From assembly GCA_000165345.1 (NCBI GenBank), contig CM000433.1, positions 352,001-416,000 of the forward strand: DNA of 64,000 nucleotides, in the 5' to 3' direction. Both the position numbers and the translations under genes were made by a program. This document shows, one piece after another, positions 24,005 to 34,492 of the stretch; within the stretch, counting starts at the first letter, position 1; each line of letters starts with the position of its first letter. The notes beneath the pieces are model-generated. The model was not told the DNA's origin. It saw nothing but the letters and a program-made list of their open reading frames with translations, and did no database searches.

Positions 24005-24747
24005 TTAATGTATTTTATCACTTACATGCCTGATATTTTTTCCAGTTAGTGCTGAAGTTTTCCAAAGACGAATGAACATTCTGCTAGCAAAGTCTTCAAT
24101 CCTGAATAAGTTAAGCTCAAAATTTTTTGTTTCTGTATCTTTGTCGACTTTATTTGCGCATAAAAAAACAACAGGTTTAATAGATGATATGGATAATTCC
24201 GAAATAGATTGAAATTTCTGGTACAGCAACTCGATCGCCTTAATTGAATCAATATCATTTATATCGCATACAAAAATGAACCCCATTCTTCCCTGAGTCA
24301 AAGGTAAATATTTTTGGCCTGCAGCAAGAGGAACTTTGGGAGGCCTCCATATTTTAAATGGAATTATATCTTTTGTCCCAGGTGGGATGAATAATTCTCT
24401 TCGGGCCATATTGAAATATCTATTGACAAATTGATCATTTATATAACTTGATTCTATTCCTGGAAGGTCTTCAATTTCTAAGCACAATGAAATAGGGTCA
24501 CCAATTTCCGAATCTTCCGGAGGAAGTCTTACAGTTCGATAGTAAACTCTATAATTAAACATGAGTCGTTAATATGCTAGATATATATATTTGCAATAAA
24601 TAAAACATACTCAGGTAAGTTCGAGGTTGAATAACCAACAAAGTTGTTGTTCACGAACAAATTTGCAATACTAGATTTTCCTGATTTTGGTGGCCCTATC
24701 AGTGTAATCCTAACAAGCGGAAATGACTGATATTCAGGTTTCAACAT
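24005..24747 (-). CDS. Divergent Arf-like small GTPase, closest to SRP receptor beta subunit. join(complement(24611..24747), complement(24005..24548))
   Basis: Exon 1 carries the P-loop ITLIGPPKSGKSSIANLF; exon 2 carries DxxG (IEDLPGIES) and NKxD (LCANKVD), as in SR-beta (LFVGLCDSGKT / LIDLPGHESLR / IACNKQD). A 62-nt intron (GTATGT...TATAG) is needed to join them in frame because the unspliced frame hits a TAA. No N-terminal TM is evident, so it may be another Arf-like family member. Confidence 0.5.
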
Positions 24748-24903
24748 TTTACATCATTCCAAATTATTTATTCTTTACATAATATTTTTACCGGCAACAA
24801 TCATGTGTGATGGAGTTTTTAGATCAAAATAATTAATTATTTAAATTAGTGCTAAAATAATAATTGAAAGAAGTTAAAGCAGATTTCTTAAAAGTTTAAG
24901 AAA

Positions 24904-24924
24904 CTATATATATATATATATATA
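24904..24924. repeat. (AT)n dinucleotide microsatellite
   Basis: atatatatatatatatatata lies in a 730-bp AT-rich intergenic region. Confidence 0.7.
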
Positions 24925-25177
24925 GTGTCATTTTTATTATTAGTACTATTCATTATTTCTAAATACCATTTCTTTTTAAAAATAATTGTTTTTAAAGCAT
25001 TATTTAACATTATTACTTAATAATAGTACTAGAAGAGTACAATAATTATGCAATCGAAATTATTTAAGGCTTAATTTTTACTCCAACAACTGATTTCTTA
25101 TTTTTATTTTTCATGCTTTAGACAAAACTGTTTATGCAATAAAAACATTAAGCTTACCCGGGATTAGCTTCATGGGT

Positions 25178-25192
25178 GTTTTTGGCGCCTAA
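25178..25192. promoter_or_regulatory. GGCGCC-core palindromic (E2F/DP-like) element in the divergent intergenic region between the SR-beta-like GTPase and NEMF genes
   Basis: tttttGGCGCCtaaa. The same core recurs in other upstream regions: 23725-23739 tatatGGCGCCtaca (upstream of Gar1), 46769-46776 atGGGCGCCGct (CCT4 / Nup divergent promoter), 53211-53218 (upstream of the PH-domain gene). Half-site GCGCCAAG occurs at 1370-1377 (upstream of the transporter) and 30711-30718. Confidence 0.35.
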
Positions 25193-25477
25193 ATTACTTG
25201 CAAGCATTGCCTATATGTATTAAATTATTAAAAATCAAAGCTCAAAACAAGCAATTAGCTCCGTAGTTATTCAAGGCCAGAGATTTTATTGGTGTGAAAT
25301 AGTGAATTTCTATATCTTGATAAATATCGGCTGCTTAGAGGTTATTTCCTGAATTTTCTTTGCTGCGTGCAAACAAATCAATAAATTTAATAAGTGGATT
25401 AATTGAATGTGAAAGGCAAAGGAAGGATAAACGACTAATTTCATCAAAATTTATTACAATTCGTGTAGTTTTACAAG

Positions 25478-28400
25478 ATGGTTAAGAGTCGTATGACTTC
25501 TGTCGATATCTGTGCTATGGTGCATGGCATTTCGAAAGATTTAAAGGGTCAGAAACTGATAAACATTTATGATATCAATAGCCGAACATACTTATTTAAA
25601 TTTGGAGGAGAAGAAAAAAAATTTTTATTGGTAGAGTCTGGAATTCGATTCCACACTACTCAATGGAAACGCGAAAATGAACACAAAACTTCTGTTTCAA
25701 GTATTTCATTTTTCAATAGTAAGCTTAGACGCTATATCCGTAATAAAAAGTTGGATGATATTTCTCAAATGGGTATGGACAGAATAGTTAAACTTACGTT
25801 TGGATTTGGAGATAATACTTTTTATCTTATTTTTGAGTTTTTTGTTGCAGGTAATATAATTTTGACAGACTGCAATTATAAAATCTTAGTAATTCTTAGA
25901 GACACAAATGATTTGTCGATTGGGAAATATTATAATTGGAAAGACTGTGAGGCTGTTTTGTCTCCTTCTCGTTCCATTTCATCTCCAATAAAGTCTTCGT
26001 TTACAAAGAATTTTAATGATCCTTTACGATTGCTGAGTAATTTGAAAAATTACAATAATATGAAAGAAGAGCTCAGAAAAATATTTAATGAGCTAGAGCA
26101 TATTGATTCAAACAAGGAGGAATCAGAAATTTCATATTCAAAAAAGCGAAAGCAGGCTGAAAAAAATAATTCTGGGGTTACTATTTTAGATGTATTTAGC
26201 CGGATTATGAAGTCTTTTCATCTTTCAATACTTGAAAAGCTATTAGAATCAGAGGGCATCGCTGCGAACGAGCCATTTACTTTTTCTATGATTGATGAGA
26301 TTTCAGAGAAGTTTATTAATTGCATTAATAAAGCTTCAGACGCATTATCACATATATTTAACCATAATTATAAAGGCATCCTCATCATTGAAGTTCCTTC
26401 CGAAAAAGAAATACTACAGGGTGACACTATTTTGAATAATCAGACATCATTCACTGGGAATAATGAGCATGAATCTAAGGAAAAGGTTTATATTTCCTAT
26501 AGTCCCTATATTGAAGGGCATAGCTGGATATCCGGAGCGCAAACTATTCCAAAAGGAATAATAATCAGTAGAGTTTTGGATAACTTTTGCAAATGTGTTG
26601 ATGAATTTTACAGTTCAATTGACATTGTGAAAGAGTCTAAATTTGCTACTCAAGAGCACAAAACTATATATAGCAAAGTTGATAAAGTGAAAATTGACCA
26701 AGAAAGGCGTCTTGAAGGCCTGTCTTCTGAAAAGGAAGCATGCATAGTTCGTGCAAAGTTCATGGAGTCTCATCAAGAAATACTGGAAAAAATTCTACAA
26801 TTAATTAGGCACTTAATTGCAACGGGCGCTCAATGGCAAGATATTTGGAATGAAATTCAACAGCAAAAGAAAAACAATCATCCGCTTGCAAGACATATTA
26901 AGTCATTAAACCTTAAGGATGATAAAGTTAAGATTTTATTTTCCCAAAGGGATTTAGGCTCGGAAACTACACCAGTAGTTGATCAAATAGGAAAGAGTAT
27001 TGAATTTGACTTGATAATCTCAAAATCTATCCAGTCAAATATTAGATTTCAGTACATGGAAAGCAAGGCTCTTGCAGAAAAATTTGAGAAAACGCAGCTC
27101 GCATATAAAATAGCACTTAAAAAAGTCACTAATATTGCAAAGAAAGATGCAGAAAAGGCATCTAAGGGTTTAGTATCAAATGTTCCAAGAATTAAAAAGT
27201 TGAGGGCACAATATTGGTTTGAAAAATTTTATTGGTTTATATCATCTGATGGATATTTAATTATTGGTGGGCATGACGCTAGTCAAAATGAACTCCTTTT
27301 CAGAAGATATTTAGAAAAAAATGACAGATATATTCATGCAGATATTCATGGCGCAACTACATGTATTGTGAAAAATACTAACAATGTGCAAGATATACCA
27401 TTAAACACATTATGTGAGGCAGGACAAATGAGTATATGCTATAGTAAGGCTTGGGTTAATAAAACTGTAATTTCTGCATGGTGGGTTTATCCAGATCAAG
27501 TAAGCAAAAATGCTCCAAGTGGAGAATATTTAAGTACCGGAAGCTTTGTTATTCGTGGTAAGAAAAATTTTTTACCTCCTTTAAAACTTGAAATGGGCTG
27601 TGCATTATACTTTATAAAAAGCAAACAAAATTTCAACCAAGTTGATAGTAATTGTAACAAAATAACACCTTTAAGCATACAACCAAATAATAACACAGAA
27701 GAATCCAAAGCTGATGATAGTAATCAAGATGATTCAGCAGAAATATCTGAATTAAAAGTTGAGAGCGATTCAGGAGATGATGCAGACGAAGAATCAGATT
27801 TTGAATCAAATTTATTAGAAAGGTTTGCCGAAGGGAAACATCAAAATTCTGCGCATGTAAGGTTTTCGGTCGGAGATGTAAGCGATATTATTCCTCCAAT
27901 TAAAATAGAACACCGCGTACAATTTGATGAATTACCACCTGAATTATTGCTTTCAAGACCATTTAATCCTTTGTCAATTGATGAAGCAAGTAACCAAACC
28001 TCTTCAGTAAATAGTCTTGAAAGCTTAAGCAAACTAGCAAGCAAAGTCTCTATCGATACTAGCTCGTCAGATAGTGAAAGCGAGAAGTCTGTTACAACTC
28101 TTTTAAGAGTCAATAATTCATGTGCAGACGAAAGTAATCATTTGAAAACCGAAATTAAATCGCCAAATCTTTTATGCACTCCCAAAAACTCAAGTAGAAG
28201 ATCTTCCGTTGATGAGGGACCACCTCCTTTAGGATTTTCAGCTTCAACTTTGCCAACACCTGCGGAGTTACTTTCTCATAAAGTGGAATTTCCTGTAGCA
28301 ATTTCTTCCTCTTCTTCTGAGGAAGTCTTAGATAATACGGGTTTTACAAATAAAGCAAATAGAGATAGTTCTGAAGCTGATAGCAATAAAAATACAAGCA

Positions 28401-29605
28401 TCGAATCTAATATTGATTGGATGAAAAATCTTGACTCATCTCCTCAACAAAGCTTCAATAGGGAAAATGTGATTAAAGCTACAGATGCTCATGATCAATT
28501 TAATAATAAGCTACGTGAAAACTATAGAAGAAGATCAATTGACGGAGGTCCAACCCCAAGGGGATTTATACCAGATCATGTTCCTAGTGCTCGTGAGCTC
28601 CTTCAGAAGATTAGATTTGATCCGGTTGATTTAGAACTTGAGCACCTTTCTCACATGCGTGAAAGGGGGAGATTTATTTCTGATGCAGTACCTTATTTAC
28701 CTGAGGAATTACAAAGACTGATAATGGTATCAAATCAAAATTCAAATAAAAAGCACAGATTTACCATTGACACAAATGCAGGTTTATTTTCAAGAATTGA
28801 CTACAAAAATTTACCAGAGTTGGATTTAAATAAGTCAATTCCCAAAAATCGAGATTTTGATGAAGAATCTCAAAGAATTCAACAAACTTCATTGGAAAGA
28901 CTACCTAAAACCTCGGAAGAAGCTACCTCAACAAAAAATAACATCAACTCAACGAATAATAAGCAGAAAAACAGCGCTCTTCCTCGTGGGAAAAAGTCAA
29001 AGCTTAAAAAAGTGGCAGACAAGTACGGGGAGCAAGATGATGAAGAACGAAAAATAAAAATGATGTTATTTGGAAGTAAAGAGATGAAAAAAGCTAATGA
29101 TGACCGTTCAAGCAATAAGACTAAAGACTCTAATGAATTTTTAAATAATCAAAATAGGCAGCTTCATATTTCCCAGCAAGAGAAACGAAGAAAAGAACAG
29201 GAGAAGATGGAAAAAGTTTACAAAAATAGAATTGTAGATAATTCTACAGAGAATCGTGAATTCCAATACTTTAAAGACAGCCTCTTACCTACAAATAAAG
29301 ATGAGGATTCAGAAATAATTGCAGTAATACCAACATTTGCGCCATTTACATGTATAAAGGATTTCAAGTACTGCGCTAGACTTACTCCTGGAGGAGTAAT
29401 AAAAAGATCAAAAGCTGCCCAAGATATTATTAATCACTTTTCAAATATTAGTTATAAAGAAAAGGACCAAAATCCTAATTCTTATGAATACATTAAGGCC
29501 TTGAAGATAGACGACCTAATAAAAAACCTGATGAATCCTGTTAAGGTTCAGTTTTCAAATGAAAAGAGCAAGTTACAGGTAGATGATAGGAATGATAGAA
29601 ATTAG
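25478..29605 (+). CDS. NEMF / Rqc2 (Tae2) ribosome quality-control protein, NFACT family
   Basis: N-terminal NFACT-N (KLINIYDINSRTYLFKF...FLLVESGIRFHTTQW), NFACT-R (YWFEKFYWFISSDGYLIIGGHDASQNELLFRRYLEKNDRYIHADIHGATTCIVKN) and C-terminal NFACT-C (FAPFTCIKDFKYCARLTPGGVIKRSKAAQ). A long acidic/low-complexity insert lies between them. Confidence 0.9.
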   Translation: MVKSRMTSVDICAMVHGISKDLKGQKLINIYDINSRTYLFKFGGEEKKFLLVESGIRFHTTQWKRENEHKTSVSSISFFNSKLRRYIRNKKLDDISQMGMDRIVKLTFGFGDNTFYLIFEFFVAGNIILTDCNYKILVILRDTNDLSIGKYYNWKDCEAVLSPSRSISSPIKSSFTKNFNDPLRLLSNLKNYNNMKEELRKIFNELEHIDSNKEESEISYSKKRKQAEKNNSGVTILDVFSRIMKSFHLSILEKLLESEGIAANEPFTFSMIDEISEKFINCINKASDALSHIFNHNYKGILIIEVPSEKEILQGDTILNNQTSFTGNNEHESKEKVYISYSPYIEGHSWISGAQTIPKGIIISRVLDNFCKCVDEFYSSIDIVKESKFATQEHKTIYSKVDKVKIDQERRLEGLSSEKEACIVRAKFMESHQEILEKILQLIRHLIATGAQWQDIWNEIQQQKKNNHPLARHIKSLNLKDDKVKILFSQRDLGSETTPVVDQIGKSIEFDLIISKSIQSNIRFQYMESKALAEKFEKTQLAYKIALKKVTNIAKKDAEKASKGLVSNVPRIKKLRAQYWFEKFYWFISSDGYLIIGGHDASQNELLFRRYLEKNDRYIHADIHGATTCIVKNTNNVQDIPLNTLCEAGQMSICYSKAWVNKTVISAWWVYPDQVSKNAPSGEYLSTGSFVIRGKKNFLPPLKLEMGCALYFIKSKQNFNQVDSNCNKITPLSIQPNNNTEESKADDSNQDDSAEISELKVESDSGDDADEESDFESNLLERFAEGKHQNSAHVRFSVGDVSDIIPPIKIEHRVQFDELPPELLLSRPFNPLSIDEASNQTSSVNSLESLSKLASKVSIDTSSSDSESEKSVTTLLRVNNSCADESNHLKTEIKSPNLLCTPKNSSRRSSVDEGPPPLGFSASTLPTPAELLSHKVEFPVAISSSSSEEVLDNTGFTNKANRDSSEADSNKNTSIESNIDWMKNLDSSPQQSFNRENVIKATDAHDQFNNKLRENYRRRSIDGGPTPRGFIPDHVPSARELLQKIRFDPVDLELEHLSHMRERGRFISDAVPYLPEELQRLIMVSNQNSNKKHRFTIDTNAGLFSRIDYKNLPELDLNKSIPKNRDFDEESQRIQQTSLERLPKTSEEATSTKNNINSTNNKQKNSALPRGKKSKLKKVADKYGEQDDEERKIKMMLFGSKEMKKANDDRSSNKTKDSNEFLNNQNRQLHISQQEKRRKEQEKMEKVYKNRIVDNSTENREFQYFKDSLLPTNKDEDSEIIAVIPTFAPFTCIKDFKYCARLTPGGVIKRSKAAQDIINHFSNISYKEKDQNPNSYEYIKALKIDDLIKNLMNPVKVQFSNEKSKLQVDDRNDRN

Positions 29606-29740
29606 TCTTATTAAATTAGTATTTGTATGAAACCCCGTAAGGATTTTAAGAACCCTCGCAAATCTACTTACTAAAAAATTCATTATTTTGGTTTTACTAA
29701 CTTGGCGCAAAAAAAAATCAAATTGTCACTATCTTTAATT

Positions 29741-30443
29741 ATGGCAAGAAACTCAGAAAAGGCAAATTTTATGCTCAATAGATGGCTTTCAGTAAAAAAC
29801 AAAATCTCAAAACCTTCTTTTGAGGGAAGAGGAAGGTATTCTAATGTGCAATTTACTAATACAATCAGGGAATGCGAGACAATGTAAGTTAATCATTAAA
29901 ATTTAACAAAAATAATTCTTTTTTAGTAGGTTTGAGATTATGGAAGAAATATCGAATCTTGCCAAGAAACTAAGAGATTGTACAATGAGTGATGAAAATG
30001 AAGTTAGGCATTTAAATTCTGATATTAACTCACTTCTAAAGGAAAAGTATAAATGGGAGTGTAGGATTGTAGAGTTAGGTGGACCAAATTATAGAAGTAG
30101 GCATGGCCAGTATATTGAATCATTAGGAGGTATTTCTATGCCAAATTCATCTCTAAAGATTTTTGGAGTTGCTATTTCATTACCAGAATACAAAGAATTG
30201 CTCAATTATGACGATAAGACGGAGTTAAGTTCAAAAATAGTCTCCGAGCCTCCAAAGGTTACTATATGCGACGCCTACTACGAAGAGATAAATAAGAAAG
30301 AAGAAGATCGAATTAAAACGCTTGAAAGAGAAAAGGAAATTGAATTTAAGAAAAAAAAACGATTCCTTGAAAAAGAAATCTCGGTTGAATACCTTCTGAA
30401 ACTAATTGATGATAAAAAGAAGGAGATTGAGCAATTTAATTAA
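29741..30443 (+). CDS. Pre-mRNA splicing factor Isy1. join(29741..29883, 29927..30443)
   Basis: MARNSEKANFMLNRW matches the universal Isy1 start (MARNaEKAmtaLaRW). The downstream part (...LNSDINSLLKEKYKWECRIVELGGPNY) matches Isy1 ([27 protein letters not shown]). A 43-nt intron (donor GTAAGT at 29884, overlapping an in-frame TAA; acceptor ttttttAG at 29926) joins ORFs 29702 and 29940. Confidence 0.8.
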
Positions 30444-31035
30444 TTTTCGTTATATTGCTTCACAAAAAGCTCCAACATCTTCAAAACATATTTTACTTAA
30501 GGCTCACTTTTTATTCATTAAGTATCGAAAATGCGTACTGTGGGGCCAAAATTCAACCATAAACTCATTAAATTAAACATTTGTATAGAAATGTTTAAAT
30601 TAATTAGTCCATTATGACAGTTTAATTACGATAGGTCTTATTTACTATTAATATTCCACATAATTTACAGAATGCAAAAAATAACAAATAACTTAATGAA
30701 TCTATTCGAAGCGCCAAGATCTAGTGTGGGGAGTTAGCGGTGTTTGTATTGAATGACATTTGACATAACCGCAAAGGTAATATTGGATAGTATTTGCATG
30801 AGCAAAAGTGTTGATAAATACTTCCAGAGTCATTGAAATATTGATTTTTTAAATTTCTATTATTCTTAATATTAACTAGTGCTATATATTTATTAAATTC
30901 AAAATACAAAACAAAGATATTTACTTTTTATTTTAATGGTTGATTGTAAAAATTAAGTCTTATCAAATTATTAGAATAAAATAACTCTACTTTTCAATTG
31001 GAATTATAATCTCGAAGTAAGAAACAAAAATTGCA

Positions 31036-33168
31036 ATGAACATTCAATCACAAATAAAAGAAATTAACTCTATTGATAAAAATAGTTTGTCATATTTAAT
31101 AAACTCGAAAAGTACTTTGAATGGTATATATCATGGCATTGAAAGTAATTACTTTGCTGGCCATGAAAGTATATTGAACAATAATTCAGCTAACATGAGG
31201 CAGTGCCAAAATATAGAAAGACGATGTGAAAATGAGGTTTGGCTCACATTACCACTATTTTTTCCAAGCGCGACTTTACATAATGTAACTCATCAACGCA
31301 GAGACCTGTTTTGTGAATCAAATGGTGGTAGCTTATGTTTTTCTCCTGAAGAAACTAACACCTCCAGGTTATTTTCAACTATTCAAGGACTCTCAGATAT
31401 TGGTGCAGGTTTTTTTCAGATTGTAATTGCAAAACTTAAAGGAGTTGTTGCTGAAAATGTTGAAGCGATAAAAAGCGAGTTTGAAAGAATATTTAAGAAT
31501 GAAGATTCAGCATTTAATGGATTTATTCCTTTAAAGCCTATTGGATGGAGGAAAAGAAGCTTCTCTAAAGAAAATTCCACAATCCTATTAGAGTCTAATG
31601 AAATAATAATTGACGCTTTTGCAAAACAAAAATCATATTATAATGCAATTTTGATATCTGAAAATTATACAGAAAGCTGCAAAGAAAATATTATCAAGTT
31701 GGGAAAACTATCAAATAATTTCCTAGAAAAAATTAAATTAATATATCCATCATTAGAGATTGTCAAAGTTTCGGATTTGGAAAAAGATAATTTTTTTGAG
31801 GTAACTATACGAATAAAACCCATGCCTTCATATGTCTCTTCTGAAGGAGAGGATTTTGATCCAAAGGATAAAAAATTTTCTATGTTTCAAAATTTATCAC
31901 AAGTAAACAATTTAACATCAATATATTTAGGCGATATTCGCCTAATAGATCCTTATAAAACTGAAGTGGATCTAAGAATTCCTTGTGGATTATTCAAAAC
32001 TTTTGCGTTAATTTCAAGCCATTCTATTTTCGTGCAATCTAGGTATTGTATGGCAACATATGTTCCATTTTCCCAAAGTCGTAAAAAAAAACTTACTCAA
32101 ACGAGTCATGAAAATGGTACTGAAATAGCTACCATTAATTCAAAGTCAGTCAACTCATCACAAATTTTTGATAGGATTCAATACAAAATATCTACACCAA
32201 AACTATTAACTTTTGGAAATAACAAAGAAACAAGTATAAAAACTCCGCCTCCGAGTAACTTTCCCACAAACAATTCTAACTGCGTTTCAAATATATCCAC
32301 TTGTGACCTGAGCTATAACGCTATATTCAACAGCAACTGGGGAGGGAAAAGCTATTCGTGCACCCCAACAACAAAGGAGTCTCTTAACAAGATTTCATAT
32401 ACTCCGTTTTCTTCGATTGAAATGGATTCTTCGCCATGGTTGAGCGCTGACTTCAATATAGAGCCTAATTCCATATTCTCTTTTGAGCAAGATAACCAAC
32501 AATTGATTCCTCCAAGGATTTCATCTCTAAATTACATGGATAACCTTTGCAATAACGAGAATAATAATCATTCAAATAATAACTCACTCGATACCAACTT
32601 TATTACTGAAAGGCAATTATCATATGACTCAATTAAAAACTTTGAACACAATCATTTACAGGCTACTCAAAAACTTTCAAATAAGAATCAAATCAGTTTC
32701 GTAAAAAGAGCTGAGAAGTGCAATAATATTGAAGTTCAAGAGCCTGTTTTTGGAATTGAACATAATTTGAAGAAAAATCAAACGATAGAAATTGATGATA
32801 AAATCGAGCTTTTAGAATATGAATGCTCTCAATACTTGGAAAGCAAAGATTTTGATATTTTTAACATGTTAGAAAATATTTTTTCAGATAATTCAGCTAC
32901 AAACTTTGAAGATTGTCAAGTTGGATATAGTGATCAATTCAGTGAAAATGAAAATATTAACAGAAATAGCGAATTAGTTGAATCAAAAGTTAATCAATCA
33001 CTTAGTAAAAACTATAGTGAAAAATTTGGCTTGTGGAGTTTTGAATTATACAAAAATTCAAACGCTTGTATTACTAAACCAAACTCGAATCTACATCATA
33101 AAGATAAAACTTCTGAATTTGTGCCAAATGAATTAAACTATCTAAATGAGAAAATACTTTTTGGTTAA
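31036..33168 (+). CDS. Hypothetical N/S-rich protein (710 aa)
   Basis: Long uninterrupted ORF with no recognisable domain. Confidence 0.5.
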   Translation: MNIQSQIKEINSIDKNSLSYLINSKSTLNGIYHGIESNYFAGHESILNNNSANMRQCQNIERRCENEVWLTLPLFFPSATLHNVTHQRRDLFCESNGGSLCFSPEETNTSRLFSTIQGLSDIGAGFFQIVIAKLKGVVAENVEAIKSEFERIFKNEDSAFNGFIPLKPIGWRKRSFSKENSTILLESNEIIIDAFAKQKSYYNAILISENYTESCKENIIKLGKLSNNFLEKIKLIYPSLEIVKVSDLEKDNFFEVTIRIKPMPSYVSSEGEDFDPKDKKFSMFQNLSQVNNLTSIYLGDIRLIDPYKTEVDLRIPCGLFKTFALISSHSIFVQSRYCMATYVPFSQSRKKKLTQTSHENGTEIATINSKSVNSSQIFDRIQYKISTPKLLTFGNNKETSIKTPPPSNFPTNNSNCVSNISTCDLSYNAIFNSNWGGKSYSCTPTTKESLNKISYTPFSSIEMDSSPWLSADFNIEPNSIFSFEQDNQQLIPPRISSLNYMDNLCNNENNNHSNNNSLDTNFITERQLSYDSIKNFEHNHLQATQKLSNKNQISFVKRAEKCNNIEVQEPVFGIEHNLKKNQTIEIDDKIELLEYECSQYLESKDFDIFNMLENIFSDNSATNFEDCQVGYSDQFSENENINRNSELVESKVNQSLSKNYSEKFGLWSFELYKNSNACITKPNSNLHHKDKTSEFVPNELNYLNEKILFG

Positions 33169-33679
33169 TTATTTATGTCGAATGCTCAATAACACCTGAG
33201 CTTACTTTAATGTGAATGAGATTACAAATTTATTTATTGAAGAATTTTATTTGTAAATTTAAAGTTATTGTAATAACATTACTATATTAACTAGTTACTG
33301 CACAAGTTTTCAATGGAAAACACGCAAAATCAGATCGTGTTGAAGCAATCGATGAAAAAATGCAGTAATGAAATAAGAACAGTTGTAAACAAGGGGGTTT
33401 GCAATAATGTAATAATTAATTTGAGTTATAAAAAACCTTTGTACCGCTGTTTTTAAATAAATTGTTATTCGGCATTTCTTAGTATTAAGTAAAAACTAAT
33501 AAACAATTTACTATCTTATAATTTCTTGTATTATTCTTAATGATCTAAGCATAGGGTTCGGCCATTTTCAAGTCGGAAATGTATTCTAATTAAACATTTT
33601 GTAATCAAAACTTGAATTAATTTTTTAAAAAATACCATATTTAAAATTTCGTATGAAAAATTAAATCTCCGAAATAAAT

Positions 33680-34294
33680 ATGGAAAATATATATAATGAA
33701 GAGAAACAAGATTCTGGTAAACAAGAGATTGCGGAATTGCAAAATAAATGCAAGAAGGCATTAAAAAATACTCTAAAAATTGCTGCAGACGCAAATGAAA
33801 TTTCCATGTACAGTGCAACAAAATTAAATGAGCAAACTGAACAACTTTACAAGATTGAGGATGAAACTGAAAAAATAAAAGACAATCTAGATAAGACAGA
33901 GCATGCAATAAATTCATTAAAAAATCCACTCTTATTTTGGTTTAAGGGATTATTTCGACAAAATGAGCCAACTCATATAAGGCCAGCATTTGCTAACTTT
34001 CAAAAGAATAAAGAGATTCAAAACGAGGGCAGGTGCCAAATAATATCAGATTTGCCAAAAGAGCGTAACTCTGATATTAAAAATGATGGCTTATTTCAGT
34101 TTAATGAAGAAATTGACGAAGGTCTGGACCAAATTGGCGATATGTTGAAAGAAATGCACAACAGAGCAATTAGTATGAATACTGCATTAAAAAATCAGGG
34201 GGGAATACTTAATAATATTGATACAAATATTAATAGCAACAATTCGAGAATGAAAGATCAAAGAACAAAGTTGGAGAAATTCATTGGGAAATAA
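33680..34294 (+). CDS. SNAP-25-like Qbc t-SNARE (two SNARE motifs, no TM)
   Basis: The C-terminal motif DEGLDQIGDMLKEMHNRAISMNTALKNQGGILNNIDTNINSNNSRMKDQRTKLEK aligns with the SNAP-25 SN2 motif ([53 protein letters not shown]). An N-terminal heptad-repeat motif with a central Q is also present. Confidence 0.75.
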   Translation: MENIYNEEKQDSGKQEIAELQNKCKKALKNTLKIAADANEISMYSATKLNEQTEQLYKIEDETEKIKDNLDKTEHAINSLKNPLLFWFKGLFRQNEPTHIRPAFANFQKNKEIQNEGRCQIISDLPKERNSDIKNDGLFQFNEEIDEGLDQIGDMLKEMHNRAISMNTALKNQGGILNNIDTNINSNNSRMKDQRTKLEKFIGK

Positions 34295-34492
34295 TCATGG
34301 TTAAATTCGTGAGAAACAAATAATAGTATTGCTCTAGATATCACTAATCTAATGATAAGTATAAATAATCAATTTTAATACCAATGATTGTTGATCCTTG
34401 GTAATTCAAAGTGTGATGAAACTAATAATCTTATCTTGGCTTCTATATGCCATCATTTTTGTGTAGAGTAATGAAAAACGAAAAAATACTAT

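Noticed and set aside
24549-24610. Alternative 34-nt intron (GTATGT...tatatctAG) for the SR-beta-like GTPase
   Set aside because: Splicing at that acceptor leaves an in-frame TAA before the NKxD-containing exon. Only the downstream TATAG acceptor (62-nt intron) restores the frame.
30700-30790. Slightly GC-enriched intergenic stretch (gaagcgccaagatctagtgtggggagttagcggtg...) as a possible snRNA/snoRNA
   Set aside because: No recognisable box C/D, H/ACA or Sm-site pattern and no stable extended secondary structure is evident. It is reported only as another GCGCCAAG motif instance.
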